Assembly (NCBI GenBank): GCA_965279075.1
Contig: CBDIHI010000007.1
Span: 219,870-283,869 of the forward strand
From: Burkholderiales bacterium
Lineage (GTDB): Bacteria > Pseudomonadota > Gammaproteobacteria > Burkholderiales > SG8-39
Reading direction: 5' to 3'
Length of the DNA stretch: 64,000 nt
Shown: positions 37,663 to 46,780 of the stretch, piece after piece
How positions within the stretch are numbered: position 1 is the first letter of the stretch
How the letters are laid out: every line of letters begins with the position of its first letter
Program-made: the position numbers and the translations under genes
The notes under the pieces: model-generated
Database searches by the model: none
The model's input: only the letters and a program-made list of their open reading frames with translations
Told to the model about the DNA's origin: nothing

Positions 37663-38793
37663 ATGAAACGCATCCCCGCCCCTGCTTTCGTGCTCATGAT
37701 GGCCCTGCTCGCCGCCGGCTGTTCCGAGCAGGCCGCGCCGCCGGCCGCGCCGCAGGCGAAGCTCGCCGGCAACGGCACCATCGAATTCGCTGCGGGCAGC
37801 ACGCAACTCGGCGCGCTGGTCACGGCCAAGGCGGTGCCGCTGAGCGAGACCGCCCACCGGCTCAACGGCCGAGTGGTATGGGACGAGGACCGCACCGTGC
37901 GCGTGTTCGCGCCGCTCGCGGGCCGCGTGCAGTCCATCCAGGTGAAGCAGGGCGACGCGGTGAAGGCGGGCCAGGTCCTCGCGGTCGTGTCGGCGCCGGA
38001 GCTGGGCCAGGCCCAATCCGATGCGCGGCGGGCCGAGCAGGACGTGCTGCTCTCGCAGAAGGCGCTGGCCCGCGTGAAGGAACTCCATGACGCGGGCGTG
38101 GCCCCGGCCAAGGACCTGCAGGCTGCGCAGGCCGACGCCGCGCGCACCGAGTCCGAGCGTGCGCGCACCGCGGCGCGCCTGAAGCTCTACGGCGGCGCGG
38201 CCGGTGCCGTGGACCAGCAGTTCGCGCTGCGCGCGCCCATCGCAGGCGTGGTGGTGGAGCGCAACATCAACCCGGGCCAGGAGCTGCGCGCCGACATGGG
38301 CGGCGACCGCGGCCTGTTCACGATTTCGGACCCGGCGCGGCTGTGGTTCGTGCTCGACGCCGTGGAGGCGGACGTGCCCATGCTGAAGGCCGGCGGCGAG
38401 GTGAAGCTTGCTTCGCCGCTGCTCGGCGACGACGTCGTACCCGGCCGCCTCATGTACGTGGCCGACTTCGTCGACCCCCAGACACGCACCGTCAGGGCGC
38501 GCGGCACGGTCGACAACAAGGACCGCAGGCTGAAGGCCGAGATGTTCGTGACCGGGCTGCTGCGCGTCGAGTCCACGCCGGGCACCGTGGTGCCGGCGGA
38601 GGCGGTGTTCCTGCGCGGGGATACGTACTTCGTGTTCGTGCAGACGGCGCCCAGCCGCTTCACGCGGCGCGCGATCAAGGCCGGGCCCGCCCACGGCGAC
38701 ACCCAGGTGGTGCTCGACGGCCTCGCCCCGGGCGAGGTCGTGGTGACCGACGGCGCGCTGCTGCTCCAGCGCATGCTGGCCACCACCCGCTGA
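37663..38793 (+). CDS. Efflux RND periplasmic adaptor (CzcB/HlyD family)
   Basis: 376 aa. Lipoprotein-like signal (LLAAGCSE), plus biotinyl-lipoyl and beta-barrel pattern (V.AP..G.V..I.V..GD.V..GQ.L). Confidence 0.85.
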   Translation: MKRIPAPAFVLMMALLAAGCSEQAAPPAAPQAKLAGNGTIEFAAGSTQLGALVTAKAVPLSETAHRLNGRVVWDEDRTVRVFAPLAGRVQSIQVKQGDAVKAGQVLAVVSAPELGQAQSDARRAEQDVLLSQKALARVKELHDAGVAPAKDLQAAQADAARTESERARTAARLKLYGGAAGAVDQQFALRAPIAGVVVERNINPGQELRADMGGDRGLFTISDPARLWFVLDAVEADVPMLKAGGEVKLASPLLGDDVVPGRLMYVADFVDPQTRTVRARGTVDNKDRRLKAEMFVTGLLRVESTPGTVVPAEAVFLRGDTYFVFVQTAPSRFTRRAIKAGPAHGDTQVVLDGLAPGEVVVTDGALLLQRMLATTR

Positions 38794-38802
38794 GCCGGCC
38801 GG

Positions 38803-41800
38803 ATGATCCGCAAAGTCGTCTCGTTCGCGCTCTACCAGCCGCTCTTCGTGCTGCTCGGCACGATCCTGTTCATCGGGGCGGGCATCGCCGCCTTCAACGC
38901 GCTGCCGGTCGAGGCGTTCCCCGACGTGACCGACACGCAGGTCACGGTGATCACGCTGTACCCGGGGCGCGCGGCGGAGGAGGTCGAAAAGCAGGTGACG
39001 GTGCCGCTCGAAGTGGGCCTGTCGGGCCTGCCCGGCGCGGTGCGCATGTTCGCGCACACCCAGTTCGGCCTGTCCTTCCTGATCGTGACCTTCGACGACA
39101 AGGTGAACGGCTACTTCGCGCGCCAGCAGGTGGTGGAAAGGCTGCGCGAGGTCGACCTGCCCGAGGGCATCAAGCCCGAGCTCGCGCCTTTTTCCACGGC
39201 GGTGGGCGAGATCTACCGCTACCGCATGAAGGGCGACAGCCGCTCGGCCACGGACCTGCGCACCCTCCAGGACTGGGTCGTGCTGCGCCAGCTCAAGCAG
39301 GTCGCCGGCGTGGCCGACGTGGTGAGCCTGGGCGGCCTCATCAAGCAGTACGAGGTGCACCCGGACACCGCGCGCATGCGCGACTACAAGGTCACGCTGG
39401 CCCAGCTCTCGCAGGCCATCGAGCGGGGCAACGCCAACGCCGGCGGCAGCTACGTGGAGCAGGGCCGCCAGCAGTACCTGATCCGCGGCATCGGCCTGTT
39501 CACCGGGCCGGAGGACATCGAGAACGTGGTGGTCGCCGAGAAGGCCGGCGTGCCGGTGCTGGTGCGCGACCTGGCCAAGGTGAGCATCGGCGCGGTGCCC
39601 CGCCAGGGCGTGTCCGGGCAGGACGACGAGGACGACGTGGTCACCGGCGTGGTGCTTATGCGCCGCGGCGAGAACCCGTCCGGGGTGCTGAAGGGCGTGC
39701 GCGAGCGCATCGACCTCATCAACTCGACGATGCTGCCGGCCGGCGTCAAGGTGGTGCCGATCTACGACCGCACCTGGCTCATAGGCAAGACGCTGAAGAC
39801 CGTGTTCACCAACCTGATCGAGGGCGCGCTGCTGGTGTCGGTCGTGCTGTGGCTGTTCCTCGGCAACCTGCGCGCGGCAGCCATCGTGGCGGTGACGATC
39901 CCGCTCGCGCTGCTCGCCACCTTCCTCGGGCTGACCTGGATCGGCATCCCGGCCAACCTGCTGTCGCTGGGCGCGATGGACTTCGGCATCATCGTCGACG
40001 GCGCGGTGATCGTGGTGGAGAACGTGTTCAGGAAGCTCTCCGAGGCGAGCCACCACCACCCCGACCTGGAGGAGTCGAAGAGGAAGCACATCATCCTCGA
40101 CGCCGCGGTAGAGGTCGGCCGGCCGACGCTCTTCTCCATGCTGATCATCATCGCGGCGCACATCCCGATCTTCACGCTCGAGCGCCACGAGGGCCGCATC
40201 TTCGCGCCCATGGCCTACTCGGTGGTGTCGGCGCTGGTCGGCGCGCTGGTGCTCTCGCTGACGCTCGTGCCGCTGCTGTGCGCGGTGATGCTGAAGAAGA
40301 ACCTGCCCGAGAAGGAGAACTTCATCGTGCACACGGCCAAGGCCGCCTACGCGCCCGCCCTCGCCTGGGCCCTGAACCACAAGCGCATCGTGCTGGGCAC
40401 CGCGGCCCTGTCGCTCGCCGGGGCGCTCGCGCTGGTGCCGTCGCTCGGCACCGAGTTCCTGCCCGAACTCAACGAGGGCGCGGTCTGGGTCAACGTTCAA
40501 CTGCCCAACAGCTCTTCGGTGACCGAGTCGCAGCAGCTCGCGCGCAGGATCCGGGACGCGATCCGCAAATCCCCGGAAGTCGCCGGGGTCACCTCCAAGG
40601 CCGGCCGTCCCGAGGACGGCACCGACCCGAAGCTGATCTCGATGGCCGAGTTCCTCGTCGACATGAAGCCCGAGGACCAGTGGAAGCGGGGGCTGTCCAA
40701 GGCGAAGATCCTCGAGGAGATCGAGGCCGAGGTCGTGAAGATCCCCGGCTTGAAACCCACCTTTTCACAGCCGATCCGCGACAACGTGCTCGAGTCGATC
40801 TCGCAGATCGACGGCCAGATCGTCATCAAGCTGTTCGGCGACGACCTCGACGTGCTGCGCGACACCGCGACCGCAATGCTGCGTCAGGTGGAGGGTGTTG
40901 AAGGCGTGGCGCGGGCCTTCGTCGATCGCCTGGGCGAGCTGCCGCAGATCCAGGTGCGGGTGGACCGCGCGCGCGCGGCCCGCTACGGGCTCAACGTGGC
41001 GGACATCCAGGACGTGATCGAGTCGGCGCTGGGCGGCAAGTCCGTCACCCAGATCTGGGAAGGCGAGCGGCGCTTCGCCGTCGCGGTGCGGCTCGAGGAA
41101 TCCGAGCGTTCGCTGACGCGCATGCAGGGGTTGCTGGTCGCCACGCCCTCGGGCGCCTATGTGCCCCTGTCGGAGGTGGCGACGTTCCGCACCGTCAGCG
41201 GCAGCATGAACATCGCGCGGGAGAACGGCAAGCGCGTGCTGGCCATAGGCGTGTTCATCCGCGGCCGCGACATGGGCAGCGTGGTGGCCGACATGCAGGA
41301 CCGGGTGGCGAAGAACATCAAGCTGCCGGCCGGCTACACGGTGAGCTGGTCGGGCGAGTTCGAGAACCAGGAGCGCGCGATGAAGCGCCTGTCGATCATC
41401 GTGCCGATCTCGATCCTGGTGATCTTCCTGTTCCTCTTCGACGCGTTCAAGTCGTTCCGCAGCGCGCTGCTCATCATCGCGAACATCCCGCTGGCGATGA
41501 TCGGCGGCATCTGCGCGCTGTGGGTCACCGGCATCTACCTGTCCGTTTCGGCGGTCATCGGGTTCATCGCGCTGTTCGGGCAGGCGGTCCTCAACGGCGT
41601 GGTCATGGTCGCGCTCTACAACGAACTGCGGCAGCACGGCGCATCCGCCGTCGACGCCGTGATGCGCGGCTCGCTGCTGCGGCTGCGCACGGTTCTGATG
41701 ACGGCGCTGCTCGCGAGCCTGGGCCTCCTGCCCATGGCCCTTTCGCACGGCATCGGCGCCGAGACGCAGAAGCCCCTCGCCGTCGTCGTCATCGGCGGGC

Positions 41801-41919
41801 TGGTGTCGGCGACGCTGCTTACGCTCTTCGTGCTGCCGGTGCTTTACGTGATCTTCAACCGGGTGCGCGGCAGCGCCAAATCGGGAGACCACCATGCAGG
41901 AGACCACCATGCAACCTGA
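38803..41919 (+). CDS. Heavy-metal efflux RND permease, CzcA family
   Basis: 1038 aa. TM4 reads DFGIIVDGAVIVVEN, matching the HME-RND divalent-cation signature DFG-x3-DGA-x3-VEN. The tail is His-rich: SGDHHAGDHHAT. Confidence 0.9.
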   Translation: MIRKVVSFALYQPLFVLLGTILFIGAGIAAFNALPVEAFPDVTDTQVTVITLYPGRAAEEVEKQVTVPLEVGLSGLPGAVRMFAHTQFGLSFLIVTFDDKVNGYFARQQVVERLREVDLPEGIKPELAPFSTAVGEIYRYRMKGDSRSATDLRTLQDWVVLRQLKQVAGVADVVSLGGLIKQYEVHPDTARMRDYKVTLAQLSQAIERGNANAGGSYVEQGRQQYLIRGIGLFTGPEDIENVVVAEKAGVPVLVRDLAKVSIGAVPRQGVSGQDDEDDVVTGVVLMRRGENPSGVLKGVRERIDLINSTMLPAGVKVVPIYDRTWLIGKTLKTVFTNLIEGALLVSVVLWLFLGNLRAAAIVAVTIPLALLATFLGLTWIGIPANLLSLGAMDFGIIVDGAVIVVENVFRKLSEASHHHPDLEESKRKHIILDAAVEVGRPTLFSMLIIIAAHIPIFTLERHEGRIFAPMAYSVVSALVGALVLSLTLVPLLCAVMLKKNLPEKENFIVHTAKAAYAPALAWALNHKRIVLGTAALSLAGALALVPSLGTEFLPELNEGAVWVNVQLPNSSSVTESQQLARRIRDAIRKSPEVAGVTSKAGRPEDGTDPKLISMAEFLVDMKPEDQWKRGLSKAKILEEIEAEVVKIPGLKPTFSQPIRDNVLESISQIDGQIVIKLFGDDLDVLRDTATAMLRQVEGVEGVARAFVDRLGELPQIQVRVDRARAARYGLNVADIQDVIESALGGKSVTQIWEGERRFAVAVRLEESERSLTRMQGLLVATPSGAYVPLSEVATFRTVSGSMNIARENGKRVLAIGVFIRGRDMGSVVADMQDRVAKNIKLPAGYTVSWSGEFENQERAMKRLSIIVPISILVIFLFLFDAFKSFRSALLIIANIPLAMIGGICALWVTGIYLSVSAVIGFIALFGQAVLNGVVMVALYNELRQHGASAVDAVMRGSLLRLRTVLMTALLASLGLLPMALSHGIGAETQKPLAVVVIGGLVSATLLTLFVLPVLYVIFNRVRGSAKSGDHHAGDHHAT
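41884..41913. repeat. Perfect 15-bp tandem duplication GGAGACCACCATGCA x2 at the czcA/response-regulator junction
   Basis: Read directly (41884-41898 and 41899-41913). It encodes GDHHA-GDHHA in the czcA frame. It also duplicates GGAGA-N5-ATG in the RR frame. Confidence 0.95.
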
Positions 41920-42607
41920 CCGGGCTGCGCGCCTGCTGATCGTCGAGGACGACAGCAGCCTCGCCGCGGGGCTCGCGCGCGCGCTGGGGCTCGAGGGCCA
42001 CGCCGTGGAGCACCTGGAGTCGGGCGAGGCAGCGCTCGCCCGTGCCGCGGAGGCGGAATTCGACCTCGTCGTGCTCGACATCGGGTTGCCGGGCATCGAC
42101 GGGTTCGAGGTGCTGCGGCGCCTGCGCCTTGCGGGAAACGCGATGCCGGTGCTGGTGCTGACGGCGCGCGATGCCGTCGGCGACCGCGTCCACGGCCTCG
42201 ACCTGGGCGCGGACGACTACATGACCAAGCCCTTCGCATTGCCCGAACTGGCGGCGCGCGTGCGCGCACTGGTTCGCCGTGGGCATTCGGGTTCGTCCGT
42301 GCGCAGCAGCCACGGCCCGCTCGAACTGGACCGCGCTGGCCGGCGCGCATTCCTGGCGGGCAGGCCGCTGGAGCTCGCGGCGCGCGAATGGGCGGTGCTG
42401 CAGATCCTGCTGGAGAAGGTCGAGAAGGTGGTGAGCAAGGAGGCGTTCATCGAATCGCTCACCAACTGGGAGGAGGACCTGTCGGCCAACGCGATCGAGG
42501 TCTACATCTCGAGGCTGCGCGCGAAGCTCGAGCCGGCCGGCATCCGGATTCGCACCGTGCGGGGTTTCGGTTATATGCTTGAGGAATTCAATCCCATGGG
42601 CGCCTAG
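41894..42607 (+). CDS. OmpR-family response regulator (RR1; TctD/QseB-like)
   Basis: Receiver domain (LLIVEDD, DLVVLDIGLPGIDG, DDYMTKPF) plus winged helix (RTVRGFGYML). Alternative start at 41909. Overlaps the czcA 3' end. Confidence 0.85.
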   Translation: MQETTMQPDRAARLLIVEDDSSLAAGLARALGLEGHAVEHLESGEAALARAAEAEFDLVVLDIGLPGIDGFEVLRRLRLAGNAMPVLVLTARDAVGDRVHGLDLGADDYMTKPFALPELAARVRALVRRGHSGSSVRSSHGPLELDRAGRRAFLAGRPLELAAREWAVLQILLEKVEKVVSKEAFIESLTNWEEDLSANAIEVYISRLRAKLEPAGIRIRTVRGFGYMLEEFNPMGA

Positions 42608-42621
42608 GCGCCTCCAGTCGA

Positions 42622-44562
42622 ATGCACAAGTTTTCATGGCGCGAGCGCCGCTTCGCGCCGCTGGTCGTTCTTGCCCTTGCATTCTGCGTGGGATCGTTCG
42701 TGCTCCGCCTCGTGTTCGCCAACTCGGGCGGCGACCACCAGCCACTGGGAGCCGGCGAGGCCGTGGCTGCTTTCGGCCTCGGCCTGTATTTCGACCTCGC
42801 CGCGTACGTGTATGCCGCGGTCCCGATGGCGCTCTACCTCCTGCTCGTGCCCGGGCGCATCTTCCACAGCCGCTGGCACCGCCCGCTGTGGCTGGCGGGC
42901 TGTTGGGCGCTCGTGTTCGGGACGCTGTTCCTGTTCGTCGCCGAGTGGTTCTTCTGGCAGGAGTTCCGCACGCGCTTCAACTTCATCGCGGTCGACTACC
43001 TGCTCTACACGCGCGAGGTGATCGGCAACATCCGCGAGTCCTACCCGGTCGGGCGGATCCTCGCCGCGCTCGGCGTGCTGGCTGCCCTCATGGTGTGGGG
43101 CCTGAGGGGGCCGCTGCTTTCGCCCCTCGCCGTGCCTCGCGCCGCGGGGGAGAAGTTCCTTCGCCGCCTGTTGTGGGCCGTGCCAGTGCTCGCGGCCCCG
43201 CTGCTCGTCTTCAACGGGGTCGACCGCACGCAGCGCGACTTCTCGGCCAATCCCCTGGCCAACGAGCTGGCCGGCGACGGCCTCTACGAGTTCTTCTCGG
43301 CCGCCTACAGGAACGAGCTCGACTACGTGACCCACTACGCGAGCCTGGACCCGGCCAAGGCCCGCGCGCTGCTGCGCCCCCTGCTCGAGACGCCGCACGC
43401 GAAGCTCGCCAGCGGCAACCCGCTCGACCTCACGCGCGTGGTGAGCTACCCGCGCGACGAAAAGCGCCTCAACGTGATCATGGTGTCGGTGGAGAGCTTC
43501 TCGGCCGATTACATGGCGAAGTTCGGCAACGCCAAGGGGCTCACGCCGCGGCTCGACGCGCTGGCCGACAAGAGCCTGTTCTTCACGCAGCTCTACGCCA
43601 CCGGCACGCGCACCGTGCGGGGGCTCGAGGCGCTCGCGCTCGCCTACCCGCCCACGCCCGGCCAATCGATCGTCAAGCGTCCGCACAACGAGGGCATGTT
43701 CACCGTCGGGGGGGTGTTCGCCTCCAAGGGCTACGACGTGCGCTGGCTGTACGGCGGCTACGCCTACTTCGACAACATGCGCGCGTTCTTCGAGGGCAAC
43801 GGCTACCTCGTCGAGGACCGCACCGTGATCCCCAAGGAGAAGATCCACCACGAGAACATCTGGGGCGTGGCCGACGAGGACCTGTTCACGATGGCGCTCG
43901 ACCGCGCCGACGAGTCGCACGGGCGCGGCCGGCCGTTCTTCCAGCAGGTGATGACGACTTCGAACCACCGGCCGTTCACCTATCCCGCGGGGCGCATCGA
44001 CATCCCGTCCAAGTCGGGGCGCGACGGCGCGGTGAAGTACACCGACTGGGCGATCGGGGACTTCATCGAGCGCGCGAGGAAGCACGCCTGGTTCGACGAC
44101 ACCGTGTTCGTGATCGTCGCCGACCATTGCGCCTCGAGCGCGGGCAAGAGCGACGTGCCGATCAACCGCTACCTGATCCCGATGCTGGTCTATGCACCGA
44201 AGCATATACAGCCGCGCAGGGTCGACCGGCTGATGAGCCAGGTCGACGTGCCGCCTACGCTCCTCGGGCTGCTGAACATGGGCTACACCAGCCAGTTCCT
44301 GGGCTACGACCTGTTCGACCTCGAACCCGGGCGCGAGCGCGCCTTCGTCTCCACCTACCAGGAACTCGGGTTCATGCGCGGCGATGAGCTCGCCGTGCTG
44401 CGTCCGGGCAAGCGCGTGAGCGTCGTGAAGCCCTCGCCCGACGGGTCGGCCGTGCCGGCGAAGGCCAACCCTGTGCTGACCGACGAGGCGATCGCCTGGT
44501 ACCAGTCCGCCTCGGCGCTCTTCGGCGAGCATCGCGACAGGCTGGCCGGCCGGAGGAACTAG
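42622..44562 (+). CDS. LTA-synthase/phosphoglycerol-transferase-family membrane protein (sulfatase-fold, alkaline phosphatase superfamily)
   Basis: 646 aa. About 5 N-terminal TM segments, then NVIMVSVESFSADYM, LYATGTRT, MTTSNHRPF and VIVADHC, which are LtaS/OpgB-type motifs. Confidence 0.75.
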   Translation: MHKFSWRERRFAPLVVLALAFCVGSFVLRLVFANSGGDHQPLGAGEAVAAFGLGLYFDLAAYVYAAVPMALYLLLVPGRIFHSRWHRPLWLAGCWALVFGTLFLFVAEWFFWQEFRTRFNFIAVDYLLYTREVIGNIRESYPVGRILAALGVLAALMVWGLRGPLLSPLAVPRAAGEKFLRRLLWAVPVLAAPLLVFNGVDRTQRDFSANPLANELAGDGLYEFFSAAYRNELDYVTHYASLDPAKARALLRPLLETPHAKLASGNPLDLTRVVSYPRDEKRLNVIMVSVESFSADYMAKFGNAKGLTPRLDALADKSLFFTQLYATGTRTVRGLEALALAYPPTPGQSIVKRPHNEGMFTVGGVFASKGYDVRWLYGGYAYFDNMRAFFEGNGYLVEDRTVIPKEKIHHENIWGVADEDLFTMALDRADESHGRGRPFFQQVMTTSNHRPFTYPAGRIDIPSKSGRDGAVKYTDWAIGDFIERARKHAWFDDTVFVIVADHCASSAGKSDVPINRYLIPMLVYAPKHIQPRRVDRLMSQVDVPPTLLGLLNMGYTSQFLGYDLFDLEPGRERAFVSTYQELGFMRGDELAVLRPGKRVSVVKPSPDGSAVPAKANPVLTDEAIAWYQSASALFGEHRDRLAGRRN

Positions 44563-44564
44563 AA

Positions 44565-44582
44565 GAGGGGCTGCCGCCCCTC
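44565..44582 (+). terminator. GC hairpin GAGGGGC-TGCC-GCCCCTC just after the LtaS-like stop (no U-tract)
   Basis: Read directly. A 7-bp stem starting 3 nt after the stop codon. Confidence 0.3.
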
Positions 44583-44672
44583 CTCAAGGCCTCCCCGCCG
44601 GCTTCCACGCTAGGTGCCGGGCCCGCGCAGCGATATCATCGAACCAAACCCACGGAACACGCTCCAACCATT

Positions 44673-45347
44673 ATGCGCATCCTGATCGTAGAAGACGACG
44701 CCTCCCTGGGCGCAGGCCTCGCCCGGATCCTCGAGGCCGAGGGCTTCGCCGTCGACGTCATGAGGAGTGGCGAGCACGCCGCCATGGCCGTGCGCCAGGA
44801 GCATTTCGACCTCGTGATCCTCGACGTGGGCCTGCCCGGCATAGACGGCTTCGAGGTGCTGCGGCGACTGCGGGCGGAGGGCGGGGCGATGCCGGTGCTG
44901 ATCCTGACCGCGCGCGACGCGCTCGACGACCGCGTCCGCGGCCTCGACCTCGGTGCCGACGACTACATGGCCAAGCCCTTCGCGATGCCGGAACTCGCCG
45001 CGCGGGTGCGCGCCCTGGTCCGCCGCGGCCAGTCGCAGTCCGGGCCGCGCATCGTGCACGGTCCGCTGGTGCTCGACACCAGCGCGCGCCGAGCGACCCT
45101 CAAGGGCGAGCCGCTCGAACTTGCGGCACGCGAATGGGCCGTGCTCGAGGTGCTGCTCGCGCGTGTCGAGAAGATCGTCAGCAAGGAGGCGATCATCCAG
45201 GCCATGGCGAGCTGGGGGGAGGAACTGTCGCTCAACGCGATCGAGGTGTACGTGTCCCGGCTGCGTGCCAAGCTCGAGCCCGCGGGCGTGCACATCCGCA
45301 CGGTGCGCGGCTTCGGCTACATGCTCGAGGCCTGCAAGGCCGGCTGA
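44673..45347 (+). CDS. OmpR-family response regulator (RR2; TctD-like, paralog of RR1)
   Basis: 224 aa. Long runs identical with RR1 (LPGIDGFEVLRRLR, PELAARVRALVRRG, LELAAREWAVL, IRTVRGFGYMLE). Confidence 0.9.
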   Translation: MRILIVEDDASLGAGLARILEAEGFAVDVMRSGEHAAMAVRQEHFDLVILDVGLPGIDGFEVLRRLRAEGGAMPVLILTARDALDDRVRGLDLGADDYMAKPFAMPELAARVRALVRRGQSQSGPRIVHGPLVLDTSARRATLKGEPLELAAREWAVLEVLLARVEKIVSKEAIIQAMASWGEELSLNAIEVYVSRLRAKLEPAGVHIRTVRGFGYMLEACKAG

Positions 45348-46732
45348 TGGCGGGAAGCCTTCGCGTCACGCTGCTGCGGCTGCTGATCCCGCCGGTCGCC
45401 GTGATCCTCGCGGTCGGCTCGGTCGCGGCCTATTACCTGTCGATCGATCCGGCCGCCGACGCGTACGACCAGTCGCTGATCAACACCGCCATCGCCCTGT
45501 CCGAGCGGATCCGCATGCAGGAGGGCCGGCCCGTGTTCGACCTGCCGAGCGCGGCCGAGGCGGTGGTGCGCACCGACAAGTACGACAAGGTCTTCTACGC
45601 CGTGCGCGACCCGGATGGCCGCGTGTTCGCCGGCGACCAGGACATCCCGCCGCCGCCGCCGGGCCTCAAGCCCGAGGACGGCGTCGTCGCCTACGACGCG
45701 CCCTACCGCGGCGGCCGGATCCGCGTCGCCGCGCTGCTCGTGCCCTGTGGTGCCGGCACCTGCACGGTGAAGGTCGCGGAAACGCGCATCAAGCGCGAGA
45801 TGCTGTCGCGCGACATCCTGATCGGCAGCGTGCTGCCGCAGGCGCTCCTCGCCGTGCTGACGCTCGTGCTGGTGTGGTTCGGCGTGCGGCGCGGCCTCGC
45901 GCCGCTCGCGCGGCTGTCGGACGAGATCCTCGAGCGCTCGCCGCGGGACCTGCGCCCGATCGACGAGGGCGGCGCGCCCGCCGAGGCCAAGCCCCTGCTC
46001 GCCGCGCTGAACAAGCTCTTCGACCAGGTGGACGAGGCCAACCGCAACCAGCAGAGGTTCCTCGCCAACGCCGCGCACCAGCTGAGGACGCCGCTGGCGG
46101 GCCTGCAGGCGCACACCGAGCTCGCGCTGGCCCAGCCGGTGCCCGACGCCTGCCGCGCGGAACTCGAATACGTGCACAGCGCGACCATCCGCACGGCGCG
46201 CCTCGCCAACCAGCTGCTGGCGCTCGCCCGCGCCGAGCCCGGCGGCTACCGGCCCGCGGGCTTCTCGGATTTCGACCTGCGCCAGGTGGTGGAGGAGTGC
46301 GCCGACGAATGGGTGCACCGGTCGCTCGCGAAGGACGTGGACCTCGGCTTCGACCTCGCGCCGGCGACCGTGTCCGGCGATGCTTTCCTGCTGCGCGAAC
46401 TGCTCGTCAACCTGATCGGCAACGCGGTGGAGTACACGCAGCCGGGTGGCCACGTCACGGTCCGGACCGGCTTCGCCGAAGGCCATGCCTTCCTCGAGGT
46501 CGAGGACGACGGACCGGGCATTCCGGCGGAAGAACGCGGGCGCGTGCAGGAACGCTTCTACCGGCTGCCGGGGACGGCCGGGACCGGCAGCGGCCTCGGC
46601 CTCGCGATCGTCAGGGAGATCGCGCTTGCCCATGGCGCGCGGGTGGAGATCGGCGACGGACAGGACGGGCGCGGTTGCCGCACGCGCTTGATATTCGCCG
46701 CCACCGCCCCCATCTCCAGGCCGGCGGCTTGA
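45347..46732 (+). CDS. Sensor histidine kinase (TctE-like, 2CSK_N-type N-terminus)
   Basis: 461 aa. H-box ANAAHQLRTPLAGL, N-box LLVNLIGNAVEYT, G-boxes VEDDGPGI and GSGLGLAIV. The start overlaps the RR2 stop (TGATG). Confidence 0.85.
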   Translation: MAGSLRVTLLRLLIPPVAVILAVGSVAAYYLSIDPAADAYDQSLINTAIALSERIRMQEGRPVFDLPSAAEAVVRTDKYDKVFYAVRDPDGRVFAGDQDIPPPPPGLKPEDGVVAYDAPYRGGRIRVAALLVPCGAGTCTVKVAETRIKREMLSRDILIGSVLPQALLAVLTLVLVWFGVRRGLAPLARLSDEILERSPRDLRPIDEGGAPAEAKPLLAALNKLFDQVDEANRNQQRFLANAAHQLRTPLAGLQAHTELALAQPVPDACRAELEYVHSATIRTARLANQLLALARAEPGGYRPAGFSDFDLRQVVEECADEWVHRSLAKDVDLGFDLAPATVSGDAFLLRELLVNLIGNAVEYTQPGGHVTVRTGFAEGHAFLEVEDDGPGIPAEERGRVQERFYRLPGTAGTGSGLGLAIVREIALAHGARVEIGDGQDGRGCRTRLIFAATAPISRPAA

Positions 46733-46780
46733 CCGACCCCGGGGGGCGTTCTACCCTCGGCGCAACGAAGGAGCACCCCC

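Noticed and set aside
36274-40500. 1408-aa ORF on the minus strand
   Set aside because: It is antisense to the whole czcC/czcB/czcA-like operon, whose products carry clear family motifs. The composition (R, G, A, H, D runs) indicates a GC-frame artefact.
42622-44562. Phosphoethanolamine transferase EptA/PmrC
   Set aside because: The gene order resembles pmrCAB. However, the catalytic-domain motifs (VESFSADYM, SNHRPF) look like the LtaS/OpgB type rather than the EptA type. Left as LtaS-family pending an HMM search.
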